A program made the translations under genes and the position numbers. 64,000 nucleotides of DNA from a virus, in IMG/VR virus record IMGVR_UViG_3300035137_000026, positions 64,001 to 128,000 of that record. One strand, given 5' to 3'. Below the pieces are notes generated by a model that was not told where the DNA came from, made no database searches, and saw only the letters and a program-made list of their open reading frames with translations. Of this stretch, positions 25,748 to 34,394 are shown one piece after another; position 1 is the stretch's first letter, and the number at the start of each line of letters is the position of its first letter.

Positions 25748-28700
25748 GTGGTGTCTTTGGCAGGGCCTTACATTACAGCTACCGGACCTCAACCAGAACA
25801 GCCTGGAGAATCCGTATCAGGACTAGCGAAGCTTGGTTTTGCTAGTGCCGCTATTGCTGCCAGTGGCTTTATTTCTACTGGTCAGGGCGGACGTCTGTGG
25901 GATCATTACCTTAGAGGTATCCGCACAGCTGAGACTGCTTTCCCTGCCGCCATTCTGAGAACATTCAGAATCTCAGAGTCTCTATCTCCACTCGAGAGCT
26001 TTAAGCAAGTTGCAGTGCCAGCAGAACAGATGGCTGCTGGTGGTAAGTATGCAGAATTCTTGCGCTCTACCTTTGGTTCGAGTATTGACGAGATCAGTTT
26101 GCTGTCTAAAGGAGCTGTCTTCGGTGAAGTTCGAGCTGGCGGCAAAGCTGTAGGTATTGGTGTCCAGATGAAGGCCGGCACTCAGAAGGGTGCTGCTATT
26201 GCTGACTATTATGCCAGAATTACAGGTACACCACTATCTGCCAGACAGTCTCTCAATGAAGCTTTGCTGAAAGCTGAGTATTTTGCCACATCTCCTGGTG
26301 TCCCATACGGTCAGTGGATCGAGGCTATGGACCCCAGCCAACGAACAAGAAGACTCATCTTGGGGGCTAAGTATAGAGAAAAGCTAAGAATACTTGGCAA
26401 AGACTTTGCTCTTAGCAAGAGTATACAGCAGAAGGTAGCCAAGTTAGAGACTCTGGGTCAGCTAATGAGAGCCAAGGCTGCGTCTACAGTCGGCCGTCTA
26501 AATACCCTACTCTCTAAGCCATTTGAGTTTCTGCCAGAGCGTGTGCAGCAGTGGCCAATCATCAAGACCATGGCTGTTAAGCCTGGGTCAGCTACTCAGA
26601 TGTTTGGTCGCTTCATTAAGAAGGCTGTAATCGCTGGAGCTGCCTATAAGGGCCTAGAGTACTATGACTACCTAAGACATCAAGGAAGCCCTTGGGCGAC
26701 CGCTCTAGGGGTCTCTGGTGGAACTCTGGCCGGTGGTGCGTTGTTTAAGGGCGTAGGACGCCGTTTCTCGCCTCTTGGAATGGCTGTGGGTGCTGGTATA
26801 GGCCTCTATACCTCAATAGCTCCTAGATTCGACGAGGGGCTCTTCTATGGCGTTGCATCTATCTTTACAGATGCAAGCCTGGCTCGAGCTAGAATCTCTA
26901 GGTCAGTAGGCCTCACAGAGTCTCTACAGCGACAGGAAGCTATTACTCCTGGCTTAGTATCCGTCAAGACAGCCTTAGGCTTCACAGGCGTAGGTGCTAT
27001 GGCTGCGGGTCTTTATGGCTATGGTGGATTGATTGGCGCATCTATACGAGAGAAGTTTGGTAAGGGTGGACTAACAGCCGACATTATCGAGAATATGCGA
27101 GAGACTCGAGCCGGCAAGATGGGGAAGAGGCTTTGGGGAACTAAATTTGGTCAGAGAGTGGCTAAGACTCCAATCCTTAAGCATCTAACCAAGATTAAGA
27201 GCCCGATGGCTCTAGGAGCCCTGGGTGGTCTGGCTGCTTACGGAGTCCTGTCTACGGGCCTAAGCTTGCTGTCTGGTAACTTCGGCGCAGCCATGCCATT
27301 TGCTAGCCTTCTTGGCACCACAGAAACACCAGAAGAACTAGAGGCTCTCTACTCAGGTGAACAAGAGGTAGCTATTCGAAAGGGTAGATGGTGGGAGTTT
27401 GGTCGCAGTACGCCTTATGAAGGCGGGCGAATTGAATACTATCGCTCACACATGATACATCGTCTCAGAACCAGAGCCTACCAGAAGGGTATCTATGGCT
27501 CTGAGGAAGAGCGTTGGGAATACGATCCGCTAATGAATCCTCTCAAGGCTCTCTTTGGTTCTGACGAGTGGAAGTACCACTATGAGATGAAGTATCAGTA
27601 TGAGAGACCTGCTCCGTTGACCGGTACTTATTTCGAAGACGTGCCATTCGTAGGGCCTGCGCTAGCAGCTACAGCCGGTAAACTACTTAAGCCTCGCAAG
27701 CTGGTACGTCCAGACGAATGGAAGTATGGGGCGGGAGAATACAGGCATCTTCCAGATGTGCGTGGAGAGACAGAGCCAGCCTATGAACTAGGAGGACTAG
27801 GCCCAGGCAAGCCAGTTGAGCCCGATGAGGGCACACAGCTATTCAATGAGCTGATGTACCGTAGGCGTGAAGCTGTTGGTCTTGTAGGTTTTGCTGAGGG
27901 TGCTATCGAGAAAGCCCTGACTGGCAGAGAAGAAGTCTTCCAGAACCTGCAGATGCTCGGTGTTATGGGTAGAGAGACCGGCTCTGAGTATTGGCTATGG
28001 AGTCACCTGAATGTTGGTGGTGCTCTAGGTACATCTGAGCCTATCAGACGTTTCATCCCACGTACTAGAAGTTACCTTGAGGAATATAACCCTCTTGACA
28101 ATACAATGCCTTCTTGGATACCACAGGACTACTTCCTAGACCTGACACATGGAAATCCATTCAAGAAGATTAAGGAGGCTGAGATTAGACTCCCAGGTCC
28201 AGGATATGCTGCTCGATACCCTGAGGTCGTAGGATTGCAACCAGAAGAGTATCCATTAGTCCACAGACTCAAGATTCTTGGTGATGTGGCTATGTGGAGT
28301 GATGAATACAAGCAGGCTCTGTCTAGGGCTAAAAGAAATATGAACAGACTATCCGACCAGGAGAAACAGATGGTTCGGACAATAGAGGCACAGGTCAAGA
28401 GTAAGAAGACACGTAGAGAAATCACTCCGTATCGTTTCAGACCTGAACTACTTGCAGAAGAAGAAGTTACAGTTACAGACGTACTAGATCCTCGCAGAAT
28501 TAAGACAGTAGAATATGGAGATGCTGTTATTGAGTTACAAGGTGTTGGCGCTGTGACTAATATGGCTGGTGCGTTAGAGTTTGCTCGAGAGAAACTTGTT
28601 GGTAATAAGGTTACCATCAGAACGCCTATTCTAGAATCTAGAAAGTATGATGTTACCAAGCGTGGTAGCAGAGTTAAGGCTGTAGCAATGCTTGGAGATA

Positions 28701-29920
28701 CTGACTACGGTCAGGTATTGGTCGAGAATGAGCTAACAGCATACAAGGATCTGAGAGATGAGTTTGAACAGTTGAGATTCACACAAAGAGAGCAGCTTGC
28801 TGGTAGATTGGGCGAGGCTGCACTACACGGCATTGAAACTCCTCTGGAGATGCTAACACCTATGTCGCCAGCATCTAAACTAATCAGACAACGTTCTCCT
28901 CTTGAGGAGTACATGGCTACAGAGGCTATCGGTACTAGTAACGCTTTCTGGGATAGACCGGTAGAGAACTTCTTGAAGCCGGCAGCTAATATGGCTCTTG
29001 CTGAGATTGGCTTTGATGATATTCCAGAAGATATTCGCCAGCGAAGAGACATCAACGAATACTTTGACATGCTAGCCTGGACTAAGTCTCGCCAAGCTGA
29101 GATGGCAGCTAGACAAATAGATGACTGGAAGGCTGTTAAAGAAGCTCAGGCAGCACAGCACGAGACTCTATTTGGACTGGATGTATTTGGCTCTCCTGTA
29201 GCGGCCATGAAAGCCCTACCACGTAGAGAACGTGATTTTTTTAATGCCTTTGTGAACGCTCATTCTGCAAATGAGAGACAGAGAATCTTAGAACTTATTC
29301 CTGAGAATGAGCAGAGAATCTATATGGCTCAGTGGCTAAGACAGGAAGAAGCTGCTGCTCGAGCTAAGAAGGAAGCAGGGTTGTCCACAAAGTACGATGA
29401 GAATACTTTAGCAGCAGCTATGATGATGAGACGTTCTGAAGGCTTTGGTATTACACCAGAACTGGAAGAACTATGGATGGCTGAGACTGATGGCAAGATT
29501 CCGTTTGATGAGTGGGTTAGAGAGAAGAAGGCTGAAGAGTATTTTGCTACACACTCATTGCCAGGAGCTGACTGGTTGGGCTGGCACCCGTCTGTAGATC
29601 TGGATGATGTCAAACTAAAATACGTTGAGATGGCCGGGCTAGACCATCATGACTTTGATCTTTGGGGCGCACGCCGTAGGTCATTAGCTAGGAAGCCATA
29701 CATTGCCGATGAGCTTATTGCCGATATGTCTGCACAGACAGACTTAGAAAATCTGGCTATCTCAAGAGCAAATGCTAAGGCGATTGCTAAGATGCACGAG
29801 GAGTCAAATGTCTCTTTCTCTAATATTGGAGCAAACTTGCCTCCACGCTATGATATTGAGATAGTAGATAAGAGAGATGGATTAGTACAAGAAGCACATA
29901 AGCGTTTAGGAGCTAGATAA
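25748..29920 (+). CDS. Large virion/ejected protein (tape-measure position) with Gly-rich hydrophobic segments and a degenerate SNase-like domain
   Basis: 1390 aa with several GxxxG hydrophobic stretches. The segment at about 28456-28745 aligns by eye with the thermonuclease OB-fold. Confidence 0.7.
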   Translation: MVSLAGPYITATGPQPEQPGESVSGLAKLGFASAAIAASGFISTGQGGRLWDHYLRGIRTAETAFPAAILRTFRISESLSPLESFKQVAVPAEQMAAGGKYAEFLRSTFGSSIDEISLLSKGAVFGEVRAGGKAVGIGVQMKAGTQKGAAIADYYARITGTPLSARQSLNEALLKAEYFATSPGVPYGQWIEAMDPSQRTRRLILGAKYREKLRILGKDFALSKSIQQKVAKLETLGQLMRAKAASTVGRLNTLLSKPFEFLPERVQQWPIIKTMAVKPGSATQMFGRFIKKAVIAGAAYKGLEYYDYLRHQGSPWATALGVSGGTLAGGALFKGVGRRFSPLGMAVGAGIGLYTSIAPRFDEGLFYGVASIFTDASLARARISRSVGLTESLQRQEAITPGLVSVKTALGFTGVGAMAAGLYGYGGLIGASIREKFGKGGLTADIIENMRETRAGKMGKRLWGTKFGQRVAKTPILKHLTKIKSPMALGALGGLAAYGVLSTGLSLLSGNFGAAMPFASLLGTTETPEELEALYSGEQEVAIRKGRWWEFGRSTPYEGGRIEYYRSHMIHRLRTRAYQKGIYGSEEERWEYDPLMNPLKALFGSDEWKYHYEMKYQYERPAPLTGTYFEDVPFVGPALAATAGKLLKPRKLVRPDEWKYGAGEYRHLPDVRGETEPAYELGGLGPGKPVEPDEGTQLFNELMYRRREAVGLVGFAEGAIEKALTGREEVFQNLQMLGVMGRETGSEYWLWSHLNVGGALGTSEPIRRFIPRTRSYLEEYNPLDNTMPSWIPQDYFLDLTHGNPFKKIKEAEIRLPGPGYAARYPEVVGLQPEEYPLVHRLKILGDVAMWSDEYKQALSRAKRNMNRLSDQEKQMVRTIEAQVKSKKTRREITPYRFRPELLAEEEVTVTDVLDPRRIKTVEYGDAVIELQGVGAVTNMAGALEFAREKLVGNKVTIRTPILESRKYDVTKRGSRVKAVAMLGDTDYGQVLVENELTAYKDLRDEFEQLRFTQREQLAGRLGEAALHGIETPLEMLTPMSPASKLIRQRSPLEEYMATEAIGTSNAFWDRPVENFLKPAANMALAEIGFDDIPEDIRQRRDINEYFDMLAWTKSRQAEMAARQIDDWKAVKEAQAAQHETLFGLDVFGSPVAAMKALPRRERDFFNAFVNAHSANERQRILELIPENEQRIYMAQWLRQEEAAARAKKEAGLSTKYDENTLAAAMMMRRSEGFGITPELEELWMAETDGKIPFDEWVREKKAEEYFATHSLPGADWLGWHPSVDLDDVKLKYVEMAGLDHHDFDLWGARRRSLARKPYIADELIADMSAQTDLENLAISRANAKAIAKMHEESNVSFSNIGANLPPRYDIEIVDKRDGLVQEAHKRLGAR

Positions 29921-32900
29921 TGGCTAAAAACTTTCCATGGAACGTAGAGGAGCGTTCAGACTTTTGGGGATATGGTGCCACAGCAGCTGTTGCTGGTGGC
30001 GTTGGCTATGGTCTGTATCGTGCTAATCCTGCAGTTAGAGCAGCAATGTCAGTAGGCACCAGAGATGTAGCTCATGATGTGGCTGCTGAGCTTAGAACTA
30101 TGGGTAGATTTAATGTCGCTCGAAGAGGCGCTAGATCTGCTATTGACGATATTGGAGAGAATATCCTAACTAACCTTGCTGCATCCAGTAGCCCAGGCAC
30201 AGTTAAAGCAGACATTGCCCAGGCCACATATGAAGCAGCTCTCAGAGGCGGAAGAAGCACACATACAGAAGCTTATAGTGTCTATCAGAAAATCATGCAC
30301 CAAACTACTGTGAGGAATGCCTATGAGCAGGCTAAGGCTGCTATCGGTGAGCTTCAGGGTGATGTGAGCTTGTTGACCAGCCGTATAAGCGATCTGGGAG
30401 AAGGTGGTTTTTATGGTCGATTCATGGGGCAAGAGGGTGGCCGTCTTACCGAGATAGCTAAGGCTGCTACTGCCACAGGAGAATTTGTTGGTAGCAGGGT
30501 AGCTCGTGAAGAGGCTGCATGGATGTCTGGTGCTGTTGCTGATAGAGCAAAGGCAATTCAGGCACGCTTAGACGCTGCTGCTTCTCAAGCCGGCGGTAAA
30601 ATTCAATGGACCGGCATCCAAGACGTTGAAGATATTCTTGAAGGACAGAGAGTTACTACTCCTATGCTGCGTGGTCGTGTCGGTGGTGAGGCTATTAATA
30701 TTCCTCTCAAGGCTACTGGCATGACATATGGTGGCGACCAGCTAACCGCAAGGTATGTTACACGTGGAGCTTTCGGCACAACAGGCGATATTAGAGATTA
30801 CACTACTGAGTACGTTAGTAGATTAGAAGAGATGATGGGTGCTCAGAAGACTAAGACTAGTCTGAAGAATGCTGTTATTGATGCCAACCACGAGATTGTT
30901 AATGCTATGAGGAATAGAGATGCTGCTCATAGATCAATGGCTATCTGGAAAATGCCTGAAGCTATGCTACCTGCGGGTGGTAGAGTAAAGTCTAGAATGA
31001 ATCAGATGGAAGCCGTGTTTGTAGGTCAGATGACAGAAGGCTATCGCAGCAAGGTGATTGCAGAATCTCTGGCTGGCGGGCGTCAACTCTATCCAATCGG
31101 TAGCCCAGAGACGGTAGCTAAAGGAACATTCGTTCGAGGTGACATAGCAGAGCAGCTGTTTGGTCCTATGGGCAGGCTAATGGGTGTGGAGCAGAGACCT
31201 ACTCAGTTCATTCGTGAGAAGTTTGGCGTTACCGCAGAAGCCAAGGCTGCTGCTAGAGGATTCCGTGGTGAGTTTGGTAGACACTTTAGTAGGCTGGAGC
31301 GGAAGATTCAAGGTACTGAATACCAGGGTCTTCTCTATGGCGGCTATGCACCAACCGCAGCACAAGCATATACTGCACCACAGCTAACCGCATTCTATGC
31401 TAAACCTTCTCGTCTAGAAACTGGGCCACTAGCACAACAGATGTTCGCAGAAGAAGCTATCATTTCACGTAGGGTAGCTCCTATGATGGAGTATGAGCGT
31501 ACAGTACAGAAGAAGATTGCTCTTAATGAAGGCTTTAGAGTCAACAAGCAGGTGCTAGATGCTCTAAAGGCTAGAAAGGTTGGAGAGCTTGCAGAGCTTG
31601 GCGAAGTTGGCAGAGGAGGTTTCTTGGGTGTCGAGTTTGGTACGGGTAAAGAACTATGGGTAGAAGGCGCTGGTGGTGCTCGAGCAGATATTATTGGAGC
31701 ACAGCTTACAGGAGAGAACCAAGCTACCGTATTCCTTAAAGAGAGACATCGTTTGTCAGATGAGAAGTGGTGGAAGTTCTTCAGTGAGGATGTAAAGTTC
31801 CTAGGCAAGCAGGCTGATGATGTCCGCATGAGACGTCTAGCTGAGGCTGCTGGTATTGGTACTCAGGTTGCCGGTCAAGACCTTGAGGCTATTGTTAGTG
31901 GTAAGCTTGTTGGCCGTAATCGCATGGCTCTCATGACGCAGCAGATCGAAGCTTTGTCAATGATTACCGCTGGTAAGATGGAAGATAGAGCACTATCGCT
32001 TCGTAGACAGGTGCTGGCCAAAGAGTTCATGACAGACCCAGCTCACTATCTGAAGATTGATAGACTGATGGGCGATCATATGGCAGATGCAGAATACCGA
32101 ATTCAGAAGAACATGGTAGCCTTGGCTAAGAAGTTCAAGTTCTCACCAGAAGAGATGGGACTTACCTTTGGCCTTATGGATGCTAAGAGAGCTGCTGAGC
32201 TGGGTATTGCTGCAGAAGTAGAAGCAGCACCTGGTGTCGTCGGTCTATTCAAGGGACGTCTGGGAGATCTGGCATTTGAAGGCGGAGCTGGCGGACTGGG
32301 TAAGTTTGAGCAGACAGGCTTCCGTCTCTTGGCTATGAAGGGTGAGGAGGGACAGAGGTTCGCTGCTGAGCTGGCTACTAGAATCCGTGGCAAAGATGAA
32401 TTGATTCCTGCTAATCGGATGATGGCTAGTGTGCTCAATGAGATGGAGCTTACAGAACGACTATCTAAGATAGCAGGCAAGGCTCCTATTGACGAGCGTA
32501 CTCTAGCTCAGATGACAGCTGGCGACTTACTCAGAGAAGAGGGTCGGTATGTCACTATCGGTCGGAAGATTCAAGCTTTCGGCGGGGCCAAACAAATCTA
32601 TATTCCTGGCATTAAGGAAGCTCAGGGAATGATGCTCCCTACTATTACAGACAAGGGACAGAGAATCCCATCTGATATTAGTAGAGGACTAGAGGATTTA
32701 CGTGGCTTGGTAGCCAAGGGCGCAGCCCAAGAAGAGATTGAAGATGTAGCTGCTAGACTCAGAACATCTATCGTCCAGCAAACAGAACTACAAGCCTCGG
32801 CTACAGGGAAAATCCTTGGAACTCGGTATCTTACAGGTATTCGACAAACTGCTGCTCAGACAGCACAATCTAATGCTGCATTCAGAATCTCTCCTCGCAC

Positions 32901-34389
32901 AGCCAACAGAATGTTTGAGGACTTGATTGACCGTGCACAAGGCACAGAGCAGAAAGCCTTCCTCAATATGCAGAAACGTAAGCTTCTGGATGAGGGAGAG
33001 CAACTTATAGGTGGTGTGTGGCGTCATCCAACCACAGGACCAGAAAGCTTCCAGTTTGTTCGCTATCAGGTAGACAGAAATCTAGCCGATGAGCTTATTG
33101 CCGCTCCCTACCAAATGGGAGAGATTGTTCTGGGTGGCAAGCGTCATAAGGTAGATGTTTCGGCAATGGTTGGTATGAAGGGCGACTTTGACAAAGATAT
33201 GTTCAATATCGCTGCTATTTCCGACAGAGATACGGTTAAGCGTCTAACAGCCAAGATGAAGAATGAGGTCGCTGAAGGTTATACAGGCTACTTGTTTAAC
33301 CATTACGCTATGAAGGATCTGATTGATCAACGTAAGGGACCGATCAGTGATCTTGTTAACCTAACTAGACAGGAAGCTCTTGAGCAGGGTGCACGCAATC
33401 TGACGACAGCCAAAGTTGCTACTCCACAAGTTAACCTAGCTCTGCAGAAACTCAAGCTTGGCCTGCAATATGCAGCTCCGAAAGAGTATCGTCCTATGGC
33501 TGAGCTGTTCTGGCATCTTGAGGAGGTTGCTATTGGTGGTAAACACGGTGCTCAACAGAGTAGAATGTATCAGGATATTGCTCATGCCGTAAGACAGAGA
33601 GATGCTTCAACCCTCGAAAGTGTTATCAAGACATTAATGGGCGAGAAAGACAAAGTCATCTCGGGTCAGATAACAGGTCCTACAGGAGACCTTGTGCCTC
33701 AGACCATGAAGTATAGCCCAAAGCGGTGGGCTGATCAGGCTATGCAGGCGGCAGTATCTGCTAGTGAGGATGTAGAGATTGCATACAAGTCTGCTCGGGC
33801 AGCTAAGGGTATAGTGCCACAGGATATGTCCACATTGGTTGAGATGTATTATAAGCGTAGAACAGGCTCGTTAGATGTGGCTCAATCTGTAATGCATTCC
33901 AAGTCTTATGGTATGCCAGGATTTACAGAGAGAGCTAATAGAGTATTGCGTCAGGCCGGCACAAAGACTCGAGCTATTCTTGGTGCTCTAAGTAAAGCTA
34001 AGGCTCCAGCTCTTGTTGGAGCAGCAATTGGAGCCGGCATGATGCTGTCTGCTCCTTCTGTGTCGGGCGCACTACAAGCACCCAGAGAAGGCCCTGCTGG
34101 TGGAAGAAATATAAATAACATAGATCTAGGTCCTCCGGCTGGTGTTGGAGTCAATCCTCCACCTCCAAGGATTATGGTATCGCCCAAGGCTTATGATATG
34201 GGTGGAATTAAGATGTCATCTCGTGCTAATATTAGAATGTCTATGCCGGATGCACAGCAGTCTGGTGGAGACTTCATGCGAAACGCTAGAACTTTAGCTA
34301 GTGGCGGAAATGTCAGAGTCCGGACAACAGATGATCGAGAGGCTCTTAGTCCCCACCGATTGGCGAATAAGATACATGAGAGACTGTAA
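29920..34389 (+). CDS. Candidate single-chain two-barrel (beta+beta'-like) RNA polymerase, probably virion-packaged
   Basis: 1489 aa. beta-like motifs EEAIIS (511-516), ATVFLKERHRL..K619FFSEDVK626 and NR668M are followed by beta'-like motifs GKILGTR, FRISPRTANRMF, WR1035HPTT and GD1089FD1091KD1093. Confidence 0.72.
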   Translation: MAKNFPWNVEERSDFWGYGATAAVAGGVGYGLYRANPAVRAAMSVGTRDVAHDVAAELRTMGRFNVARRGARSAIDDIGENILTNLAASSSPGTVKADIAQATYEAALRGGRSTHTEAYSVYQKIMHQTTVRNAYEQAKAAIGELQGDVSLLTSRISDLGEGGFYGRFMGQEGGRLTEIAKAATATGEFVGSRVAREEAAWMSGAVADRAKAIQARLDAAASQAGGKIQWTGIQDVEDILEGQRVTTPMLRGRVGGEAINIPLKATGMTYGGDQLTARYVTRGAFGTTGDIRDYTTEYVSRLEEMMGAQKTKTSLKNAVIDANHEIVNAMRNRDAAHRSMAIWKMPEAMLPAGGRVKSRMNQMEAVFVGQMTEGYRSKVIAESLAGGRQLYPIGSPETVAKGTFVRGDIAEQLFGPMGRLMGVEQRPTQFIREKFGVTAEAKAAARGFRGEFGRHFSRLERKIQGTEYQGLLYGGYAPTAAQAYTAPQLTAFYAKPSRLETGPLAQQMFAEEAIISRRVAPMMEYERTVQKKIALNEGFRVNKQVLDALKARKVGELAELGEVGRGGFLGVEFGTGKELWVEGAGGARADIIGAQLTGENQATVFLKERHRLSDEKWWKFFSEDVKFLGKQADDVRMRRLAEAAGIGTQVAGQDLEAIVSGKLVGRNRMALMTQQIEALSMITAGKMEDRALSLRRQVLAKEFMTDPAHYLKIDRLMGDHMADAEYRIQKNMVALAKKFKFSPEEMGLTFGLMDAKRAAELGIAAEVEAAPGVVGLFKGRLGDLAFEGGAGGLGKFEQTGFRLLAMKGEEGQRFAAELATRIRGKDELIPANRMMASVLNEMELTERLSKIAGKAPIDERTLAQMTAGDLLREEGRYVTIGRKIQAFGGAKQIYIPGIKEAQGMMLPTITDKGQRIPSDISRGLEDLRGLVAKGAAQEEIEDVAARLRTSIVQQTELQASATGKILGTRYLTGIRQTAAQTAQSNAAFRISPRTANRMFEDLIDRAQGTEQKAFLNMQKRKLLDEGEQLIGGVWRHPTTGPESFQFVRYQVDRNLADELIAAPYQMGEIVLGGKRHKVDVSAMVGMKGDFDKDMFNIAAISDRDTVKRLTAKMKNEVAEGYTGYLFNHYAMKDLIDQRKGPISDLVNLTRQEALEQGARNLTTAKVATPQVNLALQKLKLGLQYAAPKEYRPMAELFWHLEEVAIGGKHGAQQSRMYQDIAHAVRQRDASTLESVIKTLMGEKDKVISGQITGPTGDLVPQTMKYSPKRWADQAMQAAVSASEDVEIAYKSARAAKGIVPQDMSTLVEMYYKRRTGSLDVAQSVMHSKSYGMPGFTERANRVLRQAGTKTRAILGALSKAKAPALVGAAIGAGMMLSAPSVSGALQAPREGPAGGRNINNIDLGPPAGVGVNPPPPRIMVSPKAYDMGGIKMSSRANIRMSMPDAQQSGGDFMRNARTLASGGNVRVRTTDDREALSPHRLANKIHERL

Positions 34390-34394
34390 AAACT

